From Actinomycetota bacterium (GTDB lineage: Bacteria > Actinomycetota > UBA4738 > HRBIN12): 64,000 nucleotides of DNA. Positions 1-9,227 of this stretch are shown piece after piece. Each line of letters opens with the position of its first letter. Position 1 is the first letter of the stretch. A model generated the notes under the pieces. It made no database searches. It was not told where the DNA came from and saw only the letters and a list, made by a program, of their open reading frames with translations. Position numbers and translations under genes: made by a program. The stretch is from positions 138,883 through 202,882 of the forward strand of contig VAYU01000023.1 of NCBI GenBank assembly GCA_005884925.1, in the 5' to 3' direction.

Positions 1-928
1 CGATCCCGTCGGCGACGCGGCCGCGGCGCCGGTCGTAGACCGGCGCCGCGGCCGCGTTCCGCCCGTCGAACCAGGCGCGAGCGTCGGCCGCCAGGGCCGC
101 CCATCGCTGCTCGCCCGTCGCCTCGTGCAGCCGGTCCAGCGAGTAGATGCACGACGCGACGTCGTACGGCGAGGTGCTCGTCGCCGCGAACCCGGCATCC
201 ACGGCAGGAACCACGAGCGCCTCGGCGCTCCGTGCGGCGACGTCCAGGAGCTCAGGCTCTTCGATCACTGACGCCGACCAGGCGAGCACCCCCTCCTGGA
301 TGTGCGCCCACAGATGAGGTGGGCCGGTCTCCTCGTCGTTGTTCTTGAGCACGTCGCCGTCCCGGCACGCCGCGAGCTCCTGCACCCATCCGAGCATCGC
401 CGCGCGCAGCGACGTGACGCCCGCGTCGGCGACCAGCCGGCGCGCCGTCAGGATGTGGAGCGCGCGGACATCGGGCGGCGCGGGCTTGGAGACCGCGTGG
501 TCCAGCCCCGACAGCACGGCGTCGCGCGCGCGCTCGTCGGCGAACGTGAGCCACGCGTGGCTCACGCCGACGAGCGCGCGCGCGTGCCAGAAGCTCTCGC
601 CGGTCGCCGACGTGATGCCGTGCAGGTTGCGAGCAGCGTTCCAATCGTAGACGAAGTTGATCCATCGGCCGTCGGGCTCCTGCATCCACAGCACGAACTC
701 GAGCAACCCCCGCGCCCATCGCTCGGCCCACGGCTGGTTCGTCCGAGCCCACACGTCGCACAACACGTCCAGGAGTCGGGCGGCGTCGTCCACGCACGCG
801 ACCCCTTCGAAGCCGGACTCCTTGGCGACGATGTGCGCGCCGCCGCCGTCCCCGTAGACCGCGACGGCCAGGGCCTCCTGGCCGGCGGCGGGGATGGGGC
901 GGGTCAGGCGGGCGAGCTGTCGGAGCAT
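1..928 (-). CDS. hypothetical protein, possibly (alpha/alpha)6-barrel glycoside-hydrolase-like; partial (3' end beyond window start)
   Basis: Not in the supplied ORF track because it runs off the window edge. The minus-strand frame starting at ATG 928..926 reads MLRQLARLTRPIPAAGQEALAVAVYGDGGGAHIVAKESGFEGVACVDDAARLLDVL...FVYDWNAARNLHGITSATGESFWHARALVG... for over 300 codons with no stop and protein-like composition. It lies 45 nt downstream of the GT4-GH130 gene on the same strand. The two track ORFs here (252..797, 302..958) are Arg-rich wrong-frame artefacts. Confidence 0.5.
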   Translation of the reverse strand, partial: MLRQLARLTRPIPAAGQEALAVAVYGDGGGAHIVAKESGFEGVACVDDAARLLDVLCDVWARTNQPWAERWARGLLEFVLWMQEPDGRWINFVYDWNAARNLHGITSATGESFWHARALVGVSHAWLTFADERARDAVLSGLDHAVSKPAPPDVRALHILTARRLVADAGVTSLRAAMLGWVQELAACRDGDVLKNNDEETGPPHLWAHIQEGVLAWSASVIEEPELLDVAARSAEALVVPAVDAGFAATSTSPYDVASCIYSLDRLHEATGEQRWAALAADARAWFDGRNAAAAPVYDRRRGRVADGI

Positions 929-973
929 GGCTGCGGAGTCTCGCAGGATGGGACGTGAAGGACCAGCGCTCGT

Positions 974-3358
974 TTACACCGGGTCCAGCGCCGACAACAC
1001 GTCGTCGATCGCCATGTCGGCAGCACAGATGCTCGTGTCGGCCGCCCCGTAGTAGACGCGGATGTCACCGTCGCCGAGGTCGACGTGTCCGGTGGGGAAC
1101 ACGACGTCGTGCAGGAACCCGTCGAGCTCGTACTCGGTATCGGGCGCCAGCAGGGGCCGGTCGGTGCGGGCGAGCACCTTCGTCGGATCCCCCGCATCCA
1201 GCAGCAGCGCGCCCACCCCGTACCGGTTGTCCCGGTCGGCGCCGTGATAGATCTCGAGCCAGCCACCGTCGACGCGGATCGGCACCAACGACGCGCCGAT
1301 CCGCATCTCGTCCCACGTTCCGCTCCGCGGCTGCGCGATCGGCCGTGGGTTCCCCCAGTGCACGAGGTCATCGCTCTCCGAGAGCCACAGACCGAGGACG
1401 CGTCCGAACGACCCTGGCATCGGCCGCGTCAGGGCAAGGTAGCGGCCCTCGAACCGCTCGGGGAACAGCACGACATCTTTCTGGTCGGGCTCGAGCATCG
1501 TGCCGTGGCGTTCGAACGAGCGGAAGTCGGTGGTCATCAGTCGTGCGGTCGTGATCCCCAACCGGCTCACCGCGACGTAGGTGATGTGGAACTCGTCGCC
1601 GAACCGGGTGATCCGCGGGTCCTCGACGCCGTACTCCTCGAGCGGCGTCGACGAAACGATCGTCGGTTCGGGATCGATCGTGAAGTGCAGCCCGTCCGAG
1701 CTGCGCGCGACACGCAGGTGCGAGATGTGCGCCAGGTAATCAGTGAACTCCGCCTGTCCCTGGGTGAACCCTCCGGCCGTGTTCCGGTACCGGATCGTCC
1801 GCGGGTCGGACAGATCGAGCCCCGGAAGGTCCCTCGGGACGTAGCCGATCACGATCTGGGGCGGTTCCTGCTGATGGTCGAAGAACGCCATCCCGATCAG
1901 CTGCTCGGGGCGGAGCCCGCTGGGGAGGGGAACGAGCCGAGGCTCGGGACCCGAGAGGTCGACCATCCGCGCGTCCTGACCCGGCTCGGGTCGCGGCCGC
2001 TCGGTCACCCGCACGAGGAGGACCGTGTCGTCGCCGACGGTGGCGACACCAGGGTTGATCGTGGAGATCACCTCGAACCCCGGTTGCGGCTCCACGTCCG
2101 TGGGCTCGATCAGCGGGTTGTCGCGCAAGCGGTGGGCGACCGTGAGCGGCTTCTCTCGACGCCGCTCCTTCTGGACGGGCGGATGCTCGGCCGCGAGCTC
2201 ACGCATCACGTCGAGGAAACGGGCACCGGTCTTCGGCCACGTCGCCTCGTTCGCGTAGCGGTACGCGTTCTTCTCCAGGCGAGCCTTCAGCTTCGGATCG
2301 TCCAAGATCGTGTTGACCGCTTCGGCGATCTGGTCGGCGGCCTGGAAGTCGACGAGGATCCCTCGATCGTTGGCGAGCGCCTCCTTCGCGTGCAGGTACG
2401 GCGTAGAGACGACGGCCTTCCCCGCGCCGAGCGCGTACGAGAGGGTTCCGCTGGTGATCTGGTTCGGGTCGAGGTACGGCGTGACGTAGACGTCGGTGGC
2501 GAGGAGGTAGTCGATGATGTCCTTCTGTTCGAGGTATTGGTTCACGAAGACCACGTTGTCGGTCAACCCCAGCTCCTCGACGAGGGCGATCAAACGGTTG
2601 CGGTACTCCTCGCCCCGTTGCTTGAGGAGCTCGGGGTGTGTCTGGCCGGCGATCAGGTAGAGCGCGTCCGGGTGTCGGGCGACGACGGCCGGCATCGCCT
2701 CGATCACGTACTCGAGCCCCTTGCCGGGCCCCACGAGACCGAACGTGGACACGATCTGGCGGTGGTCGAGGCCGAGCTTCGCCTTGAGGCGGCGCCGGCC
2801 GATCGGCTCGATGTGCGGCATCCCGTGGGGGATCACGATCGGGCGTTGCGAGATGCCGTAGACGTCGCGCAGGATGTCGACCGCGGTCTCGGCCATCACG
2901 GTCAGGCCGTGTGCGGAGTCGGCGATGGAGCGTACGGCCCCCCTGATCGCAGGCGACGGTTCCGGCAGGACCGTGTGCAGCGTCACCAAGGCGGGCTTCT
3001 CGAGCTCGTCGAGGAACGGGGTCAGGTGGTCCTCGTACGTGCCCTCGATCCAGTGATCGCCGACCCAGCCGCCGCCCTTCCACAGGCCGTAGAGACCGAA
3101 CTCATGCTGGACGCAGACGACGTCGGCGTTCGAGCGGTTGATCGCCCGGGCGGCCGCCCGGTAGGGCATGGGGCTTCCCTGTCGGATCCGCCAGCGGACC
3201 TCGGACCCATACGCACGCACGGAGTTGCGCTCGTCGATCGCGGAGATGCGAGCGCGCGTCGATGGGTCCGCCTGCCGGATCGCGTGGATCAGATCCGACG
3301 TGAAGGTCGCGATCCCGCAACGGCGGGGTGGGTAGGTGGACACGAACGCGATCCGCAT
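974..3358 (-). CDS. bifunctional-looking fusion: N-terminal GT4 glycosyltransferase (Glycos_transf_1) + C-terminal GH130-like (DUF377, beta-mannoside phosphorylase family) domain
   Basis: 794 aa. The N-terminus MRIAFVSTYPPRRCGIATFTSDL and the ...EXXXXXXE-type C-terminal half of GT4 are present (STFGLVGPGKGLEYVIEAM...VFVNQYL). The C-terminal approx. 330 aa (VEDPRITRFGDEFHITYVAVS...WLEIYHGADRDNRYGVGALLLD) match the five-bladed beta-propeller GH130/DUF377 signature. A GAAGGT SD precedes the ATG. Confidence 0.85.
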   Translation of the reverse strand: MRIAFVSTYPPRRCGIATFTSDLIHAIRQADPSTRARISAIDERNSVRAYGSEVRWRIRQGSPMPYRAAARAINRSNADVVCVQHEFGLYGLWKGGGWVGDHWIEGTYEDHLTPFLDELEKPALVTLHTVLPEPSPAIRGAVRSIADSAHGLTVMAETAVDILRDVYGISQRPIVIPHGMPHIEPIGRRRLKAKLGLDHRQIVSTFGLVGPGKGLEYVIEAMPAVVARHPDALYLIAGQTHPELLKQRGEEYRNRLIALVEELGLTDNVVFVNQYLEQKDIIDYLLATDVYVTPYLDPNQITSGTLSYALGAGKAVVSTPYLHAKEALANDRGILVDFQAADQIAEAVNTILDDPKLKARLEKNAYRYANEATWPKTGARFLDVMRELAAEHPPVQKERRREKPLTVAHRLRDNPLIEPTDVEPQPGFEVISTINPGVATVGDDTVLLVRVTERPRPEPGQDARMVDLSGPEPRLVPLPSGLRPEQLIGMAFFDHQQEPPQIVIGYVPRDLPGLDLSDPRTIRYRNTAGGFTQGQAEFTDYLAHISHLRVARSSDGLHFTIDPEPTIVSSTPLEEYGVEDPRITRFGDEFHITYVAVSRLGITTARLMTTDFRSFERHGTMLEPDQKDVVLFPERFEGRYLALTRPMPGSFGRVLGLWLSESDDLVHWGNPRPIAQPRSGTWDEMRIGASLVPIRVDGGWLEIYHGADRDNRYGVGALLLDAGDPTKVLARTDRPLLAPDTEYELDGFLHDVVFPTGHVDLGDGDIRVYYGAADTSICAADMAIDDVLSALDPV

Positions 3359-3389
3359 GACCTTCAGGGTACCGTGGCCGTCGACCCGG

Positions 3390-4778
3390 CTACGTCGTCG
3401 AGGGAAGCGGCTCGAACCGGGCCGTGAAATGCCGCAGTTGCGGCGCCTGCTCGACGATCCGGTACCCGGGCAGGTCCTCTGCGCGCGCGGCGACGTCCGT
3501 CACGACCTCGATGACGTAGTCGACGTGACTCTGCGTGTACGTTCGGCGCGGGATCGCCAGCCGAACGAGGTCCGTCGTGGCCGGCTCCTCGGTGCCGTCG
3601 GGCTTCATCCCGAACATCACCGTGCCGATCTCGCATCCACGGATCCCTCCGGCTTCGTACAGCGCCACCGCGAGCGCCTGCCCCGGGTACCGCAGCGGCG
3701 GAACGTGGGGCAGGAGGGCGCGAGCGTCGAGGTAGACGGCGTGGCCGCCGGCGGGCCGAACGATCGGCACGCCGGCGGCCACCAACGCATCGGCTAGGTA
3801 CTCGATGGAACGCGTCCGGTACCGGAGGTAGTGCTCGTCGACGCACTCGCGCAGCCCCTGCGCGATCGCCTCCAGGTCGCGTCCGGCGAGCCCACCGTAG
3901 GTGACGAACCCCTCGGTCAGGATCAAGAGGTTGCGGCACTGCTCGGCCCACCCGTCGTCGCGCAGCGCGAGCCAGCCGCCGATGTTCGCCATCGGATCCT
4001 TCTTCGCCGACATCGTCATGCCGTCGGCGAGCGACGCCATCTCCCGCACGATGTCCGGGACGGCCCTGCCGTCCTGCCCCGGCTCGCGTGCCTTGATGAA
4101 CCACGCGTCCTCGGCGAACCGACAGGCGTCGAGGAACAGCGGCACCCCGAACCGATCGCAGAGGGACCGGACGCCGCGCAGGTTCTCGAGCGAGACCGGC
4201 TGCCCCCCGCCGGAGTTGTTCGTCACGGTGACGAACACGACCGGCACGTCATCCGCCCGCGCGATCAGGAGCTTCTCGAGCGCCTCGAGATCCATGTTGC
4301 CCTTGAAGGGATGCAGCGCTGCGGGCTCGCGACCCTCGGGGATCACGAGGTCGACCGCCTCGGCCCCCGTGAACTCGACGTTCGCGCGCGTCGTGTCGAA
4401 ATGCGTGTTGTTCGGAACGACCTTCCCCGGCCCTGCGATCGCGGCGAACAGGATCTTCTCGGCCGCGCGTCCCTGGTGCGTCGGGATCACGTGCGGGAAC
4501 GGGAACAGCTCCTGCACGGCTCCGAGGAACACGAACCACGAGGGCGATCCCGCGTAGCTCTCGTCGCCGTGCTGGATCGCCGCCCATTGATCGCGGCTCA
4601 TCGCGCCCGTGCCGGAATCGGTGAGCAGGTCGATCAGGACCTCGTCGGCGTGGAGGTTGAACAGGTTGTAGCCGGCGTCGCGGATCTTCGTCCGGCGCTC
4701 CTCGTCGGTGAGGAACCGAAGCGGCTCCACGGAGTGGATCCGGAACGGCTCGATGATCGTGCGGTACCGCTCAGGCAC
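3390..4778 (-). CDS. tryptophanase / tyrosine phenol-lyase family beta-eliminating lyase (PLP-dependent)
   Basis: Aligns by eye along the whole length with E. coli TnaA (EPFRIHSVEP..., IPTHQGRAAE, FDTTRANVEF, SGGGQPVSLENL, MSAKKDPMANIGG, LTIPRRTYTQSHVDYV, PQLRHFTARFEP). The track ORF extends to 5081, but the N-terminal 100 aa are Arg/Ser-rich junk. The likely start is GTG 4778 (VPERYRTIIEPF). Start uncertain by a few codons. Confidence 0.8.
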   Translation of the reverse strand: MPERYRTIIEPFRIHSVEPLRFLTDEERRTKIRDAGYNLFNLHADEVLIDLLTDSGTGAMSRDQWAAIQHGDESYAGSPSWFVFLGAVQELFPFPHVIPTHQGRAAEKILFAAIAGPGKVVPNNTHFDTTRANVEFTGAEAVDLVIPEGREPAALHPFKGNMDLEALEKLLIARADDVPVVFVTVTNNSGGGQPVSLENLRGVRSLCDRFGVPLFLDACRFAEDAWFIKAREPGQDGRAVPDIVREMASLADGMTMSAKKDPMANIGGWLALRDDGWAEQCRNLLILTEGFVTYGGLAGRDLEAIAQGLRECVDEHYLRYRTRSIEYLADALVAAGVPIVRPAGGHAVYLDARALLPHVPPLRYPGQALAVALYEAGGIRGCEIGTVMFGMKPDGTEEPATTDLVRLAIPRRTYTQSHVDYVIEVVTDVAARAEDLPGYRIVEQAPQLRHFTARFEPLPSTT

Positions 4779-4800
4779 GCCGCGATGATAGGTCGCCGGC

Positions 4801-5694
4801 TCAGACGAAGGTGCGCGGTTCCAGCTTCGGGCCGAACCTCGGAGCGGTGAAACGGCTCGCCTCCAACAGGACCTGTACCCGGCCGCGTTGACCGAGGTAG
4901 GGCTCGAGCAGCTGGAGCATCCGGGCGTCGTCGCCACGGGCCTCCCCGGCCAGCGCCCACGCGACGATGTTCGGCAGATGGAAGTCGCCGACCGAGACGG
5001 CGTCGGGGTCACCGAGCGCCAGCCGCGCCACCTCGGCCACGGTCCACGGGCCGACCCCCGGAAGTCTCCCGAGCCACGCACGCGCTTCCTCCAGTGGCGC
5101 GTCGGCGAGAGCGGCGATCTTCCTCGGGTGGCGCGCGACCTCGCGGAGCGTGGCCGCGCGTGTGCCCGTCACCCCGAGTCGCGTCAGTTCCCACGACGGG
5201 AGCGACGCCACCCGCTCGGCATCGGGAGGGAGGCTGAGGCCGTGATCGCCGGGCGCCCCGTCCGCCGTCATCCGGACGATCTCGCGCCACGCGGTCCGGG
5301 CCTCGTTCCCCGTGACCTTCTGCTCCAGGACGGCGGCGACGAGCACCGGGAACGGGTCCGCCCTCGTGAGCAGGACGGTGCGATGATCGCGCCACGCCTG
5401 CGCGACCACGGGGTCCCGTGGAGCGAATGCCGTCGGGTCATCGAAGGCACCGACCGCGCCCGGCGCACCGACGGTGACCGCGTGCTCGGCGCCAGGGCCC
5501 CATGCCACCACCTCGATCGAGGTGATCGCCGACTGGCGGAGGCGGATCGTCGCCGGCCCATCCGGCGTCCGCCCCGCGCGCCACACAGTGCCGTCCTCGA
5601 TCCGTGCGGTCGGATCCCCGGTCCCACGGATCAGCGGGAAGACGGTCCGCCGGAGATCGACGGGATGCTCCAGCTCGATCCGACAGACCGCCAT
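4801..5694 (-). CDS. alkA: DNA-3-methyladenine glycosylase II (AlkA-like, HhH-GPD superfamily)
   Basis: 297 aa with an AlkA N-terminal domain plus the HhH-GPD core (LPGVGPWTVAEVARLALGDPDAVSVGDFHL). Same strand as tnaA-like, 23 nt upstream of it. Confidence 0.7.
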   Translation of the reverse strand: MAVCRIELEHPVDLRRTVFPLIRGTGDPTARIEDGTVWRAGRTPDGPATIRLRQSAITSIEVVAWGPGAEHAVTVGAPGAVGAFDDPTAFAPRDPVVAQAWRDHRTVLLTRADPFPVLVAAVLEQKVTGNEARTAWREIVRMTADGAPGDHGLSLPPDAERVASLPSWELTRLGVTGTRAATLREVARHPRKIAALADAPLEEARAWLGRLPGVGPWTVAEVARLALGDPDAVSVGDFHLPNIVAWALAGEARGDDARMLQLLEPYLGQRGRVQVLLEASRFTAPRFGPKLEPRTFV

Positions 5695-5961
5695 GGCCCG
5701 CTCAGCGTACGCTCGTCCGCGATGACCACCGTCGACGACCTCTCGGCGGAGCGACTCGCGACAATGGGCTCGATCAACTCTTCGAGGTCACTTCCTTCGC
5801 CCCTCGTCGAGGGCTGGAGGCTTCACCGGCGGTTTCGAGGCCGGCGTACTGCAGGGCGACCGCTATGAACACCCGGTCGCCTCAAACCCCTCCCATCTGT
5901 GGGGGAGCGACCGTGGCTGCGGCCCGCCTCTTCCGCAGTTCAGCTTCTTCGGTGCCCAGCT

Positions 5962-6477
5962 TCAGCCGAGCGCCACGCACTCGTCGGTCTCGCGTCCCGT
6001 CACGCTCATCGCCGTGGGCGCCCCAGTCGGATCGAGTGTTTCGTGGATCTGGCCGGACGTGAGCATCACTCCGGGAAATCCGAATGACCCAGCGGCAGCG
6101 GCCAAGTTGAAGATGAGCCAGTGGCCGGTGCCATCGACCGTGACCGATCCGTCCGGGTAGAGGGTGATGGTTCCCGGCCCGGAGGCGACGAGCGAAACGG
6201 TCTTCCCCGTGGTGACATTCGTTGCCCGGAGCTTGAGCGTGCCTGTCTCCTCGATGATCGTCGTCCCGTCTGGCGACGTTGTGATCTTCCCGTACTCCTT
6301 ATTCGCCACGACGTCGAGATGCGTCGGGAAGCTGCAGAAGCCCACCGGTAGATCGACGGGTCCTGCAGGCAAGAAAACGCGGTGCGGATCGTTGTTTGCC
6401 AAGGCCGGCGGGGCGATGGCAAGGCTCGTGAGTGCGATCAGAAGGGCCCCAGTCACGAAGCATGCGAACCGTTTCAT
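5962..6477 (-). CDS. secreted hypothetical protein (signal peptide, AxA cleavage site)
   Basis: The real start is the internal ATG at 6477 (MKRFACFVTGALLIALTSLAIAPPALA|NNDPH), preceded by a GAAGGGA SD. The upstream 104 codons of track ORF 5962..6789 are Arg-rich extension. The mature part is Gly/Thr-rich and beta-like. Confidence 0.6.
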   Translation of the reverse strand: MKRFACFVTGALLIALTSLAIAPPALANNDPHRVFLPAGPVDLPVGFCSFPTHLDVVANKEYGKITTSPDGTTIIEETGTLKLRATNVTTGKTVSLVASGPGTITLYPDGSVTVDGTGHWLIFNLAAAAGSFGFPGVMLTSGQIHETLDPTGAPTAMSVTGRETDECVALG

Positions 6478-6810
6478 TTCGATCCCTTCGTTTCGCGGCT
6501 GACAACGACGACCTGGACGAGGGGAAGACGCCACGTCGTCTAGTGGTCTGGTCCTCCTTCCCTCACCCCGACTTCGCCCAAACGTGGAGAAGGTCGCTAG
6601 GCCATCGAACCTAGGTCGTCTGAAGTAGAGAGTCAACGGGCTTTCCACAGAGGCGCCCGCACGAGAGCTCGATCCGCTCTGGATCTGTGCCGGCCAAGCG
6701 AGCAGAGGACGGGGCACGTGGCTGTAGGGATGGATGCCTATGCGTCGCGCTTCACCTGGTTCATCAGATGCCGAACGGGCGCAGGTCACGGTTCGGCGAA
6801 CCGAGGACGT

Positions 6811-7332
6811 CTAGTTGAAGGTCCTGAACGCCACCCGTAGCGCCTGCACGAAGAGCGCTAGGGACACAGCGAACCCCAGGAGGAACACCCTCCATGGGCT
6901 GCGCCGTTGCCAAAGCCGGATGCTGATCACCACCAGCGTGAGGGCGATGGCGAGGCCGAGGAGCAGGTCGATGACGTCGAGTTCGTTCGGCTTGGGCCGA
7001 GTGGCGGCGTTGGAGATCGACCACGAGCCGAGCAGCACGCCGCAGACCATCGCCAACCAGCCGATGACATCTGCCGCCTTCCGTCTCGCACCTGTCGTGG
7101 CTCCCCATGGGACCTCCAGCCGTGCTGGCTCCGATCCGCGCCGCAGCCGCAAGCCTGAGACCATCAGGGTGGTCGCGAAGACGCCGCCGATGAACAACAG
7201 GATTGCGGCGAACTCGGGGGAACCGGCTGACATCGAGACGACGCTGTAGTAGAGCGTCCCGACGCCGAGGAGGGTGCCGACGACCATCGCGAACCAGCCG
7301 AGGCTGACCGTCGCCTTCTGCCTTGTACTCAA
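6811..7332 (-). CDS. polytopic membrane protein, hypothetical
   Basis: 173 aa with 4-5 hydrophobic helices (WFAMVVGTLLGVGTLYY..., ILLFIGGVFATTLMVSGL, GWLAMVCGVLLGSW, LLLGLAIALTLVVISI). Confidence 0.55.
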   Translation of the reverse strand: MSTRQKATVSLGWFAMVVGTLLGVGTLYYSVVSMSAGSPEFAAILLFIGGVFATTLMVSGLRLRRGSEPARLEVPWGATTGARRKAADVIGWLAMVCGVLLGSWSISNAATRPKPNELDVIDLLLGLAIALTLVVISIRLWQRRSPWRVFLLGFAVSLALFVQALRVAFRTFN

Positions 7333-7635
7333 CTGCCCCAGCCCCCGGTGCCATCGGTCCCGGCACGAGAGCGAATGGTAGTCCCGGGGCAGCGGATCGG
7401 CGCGCCGGGGCGAGTGCCGCCGTCGCGATCAGACGCACCCTGCTCCTGAAGAGGCAAGGAGACCGTCTGGGCCGTCCTCAACGACCTCGGTCATTATTCG
7501 TAATGACCTTACGGCCCGTGGGCGGGCCAGTCGGGGGCCGTCGAACCAGAGTGCTGGCAGTGGTGAAGGCGAAGGTGCGAGGGTGCTTCTGTCCAACATG
7601 ACCGACGCTGACCGACGTTCTTCGGAGGAGCAGCT

Positions 7636-8199
7636 ATGAGCGATAGGAGCACTGCGAACGGCAAGGTCGTCGTGAACAGGGCGATGTCGCTCGACGGCTT
7701 CATCGCCGGTCCAGGGGATTCGATAGACTGGGGCCCTCGTCATCTGGCCGTCTACGCGCCTGACGATTTCGCGGGGATCGCGGCAGCCACCGGCGCCATG
7801 CTCATAGGCCGGCGGACCTGGGACGTAGGCGCCAGGATGGAAGCAGAGGAGCCGGGCAGCGTCGACTACCCCTTCTCCGGACCGATGTTCGTCCTCACCC
7901 ATCGGCCGCCGGAGCCGGCCGGCCCGGAGGTCACGTACCTCACCGGTGACATCGGGGAGGCGGTCGCCACCGCGCTGGACGCTGCGGGCGGCAAGGACCT
8001 GGAGATCCTCGGTGCCGACGTGGCCGGCCAGTGCCTGCGGCGGGGGCTCGTCGACGAGATCCTCGTGTACGTACTGCCGGTGCTGCTCGGCGACGGCATC
8101 CGCCTCTCGCCGCCGGGGATCGGGAGGATAGACCTGGAACCGATCAGCAGCACGCGGTCGGGTCTCGTCACCATCCTCCGGTTCCGCGTCCGCAAGTAG
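7636..8199 (+). CDS. dihydrofolate reductase family protein (RibD C-terminal domain, YwjB-like)
   Basis: 187 aa: VSLDGFIAGPGDSIDW...MLIGRRTWD...FVLTHRPP...LEILGADVAGQCLRRGLVDEILVYVLPVLLGDG. SD GGAGGAG 6 nt upstream. Confidence 0.8.
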   Translation: MSDRSTANGKVVVNRAMSLDGFIAGPGDSIDWGPRHLAVYAPDDFAGIAAATGAMLIGRRTWDVGARMEAEEPGSVDYPFSGPMFVLTHRPPEPAGPEVTYLTGDIGEAVATALDAAGGKDLEILGADVAGQCLRRGLVDEILVYVLPVLLGDGIRLSPPGIGRIDLEPISSTRSGLVTILRFRVRK

Positions 8200-8326
8200 C
8201 CCCGGCTTACCCCGGTCTCAGCTTGCGTTCACGGGGATGCAGTCCTGACGGCACGACCGCTGTACCACATCACCCCTCCGCCCTTGCCTATCTACGCGCA
8301 CTGGGCGGAGAAGTACGGCTGGCGCG

Positions 8327-8677
8327 TCACATCGACTCGTAGGGCGTGAAGAGTTGAGGGACCTCGCTGTCGGCCAGATTCGCTCTCAGCTCTGCGCTCG
8401 GCTCACCGAGGACCTCGCCGTGAACCACGGAGACCGTCGCAAGGATCGACTCGGACAGGTCGCGAAGGTTCGCGGCGTGCTCGATGGCCGCCTCGGAGTC
8501 CCGGTATCGCTCGATGACGACGCACTCGGATCGGTCGTCGTTGAAGTAGGTGTCGTATTGCAGCGTCCCGGTGTCCTTGGTCCTCACGATCTCCATGGCC
8601 TGAGCGGACAAGCGCTTGAACTCGTCGAGCTTGCCTTCGTGAAGCTTGAATCGAGCGATACCCAATAGCTCAGACAC
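8327..8677 (-). CDS. antibiotic-biosynthesis-monooxygenase (ABM)-like / putative quinol monooxygenase
   Basis: 116 aa with a ferredoxin-like ABM fold signature (IARFKLHEGKLDEFKRL...CVVIERYRDSEAAIEHAAN). Confidence 0.6.
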   Translation of the reverse strand: MSELLGIARFKLHEGKLDEFKRLSAQAMEIVRTKDTGTLQYDTYFNDDRSECVVIERYRDSEAAIEHAANLRDLSESILATVSVVHGEVLGEPSAELRANLADSEVPQLFTPYESM

Positions 8678-8742
8678 GGCTTCGCCTCCTCACGTCTCGT
8701 CTCTTCGAGACCGTTACCCGGCCTCGCGGCTGTTCTGGCGTG

Positions 8743-9227
8743 TTAGGTCTCAGCCGTGTTGGTGCCAAGCAGACCGGCCAAGACTCTCGGAACGTACTCA
8801 AGCAACTGGATGCGACCATCGAAGGTACGGCTGTTGATCATGTCGAGACCAACGTCGGGATACCCGTCGTAGATCCGGTCCGAACCGGTGCTTCCTGTGA
8901 TAACCGGGAAGACGACAACGCGGAAGCGGTCGACGAGACCGCTTTCAGGAGGGAGCGGCACAAGGTCAGGCTGCCCATCGTGGTCATGTGGTTGGCGCCC
9001 TCGTCTTTCATGTCCCTCACGACCTCGACAGCGTCTTGGGTGACGAGTCGCGTGTTCGGCCACGCCAAGGGCTCCTGCAAGGTGGTCGAGAAGACGACTT
9101 TCGACAAGCCAGCGAGCGCATCCGTGCCCGGCTCGCCTTCGGCTGCCAGTCCCGACATCAGGCGGTAGGTGTTCGCGCCCATCAGGACTGCGTAATCGGC
9201 TTCCGGCCGATCGCCCAACCACGCCAT
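8743..9227 (-). pseudogene. dihydrofolate reductase family (RibD_C) paralog, N-terminally truncated and frameshifted
   Basis: Track ORF 8838..9227 (-) carries the middle of a RibD_C protein (AVLMGANTYRL...KVVFSTTLQEPLAWPNTRLV...HMTTMGS), then drifts into junk. The overlapping ORF 8743..9285 (-), in another frame, carries the C-terminal motif GLVDRFRVVVFPVITGSTG...LEYVPRVLAGLLG. The VSLDGF N-terminal segment is absent and there is an in-frame stop just upstream of 9227. Confidence 0.55.

Noticed and set aside
252-958. Track ORFs 252..797 (-) and 302..958 (+) as genes
   Set aside because: Both are Arg/Ala-rich wrong-frame products. A third minus-strand frame (1..928), absent from the track because it is open at the window edge, is protein-like and accounts for the region.
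8200-8326. ccccgg...ccccgg element after the DHFR-family gene as a terminator hairpin
   Set aside because: The two copies are direct, not inverted, repeats. No stem can form.
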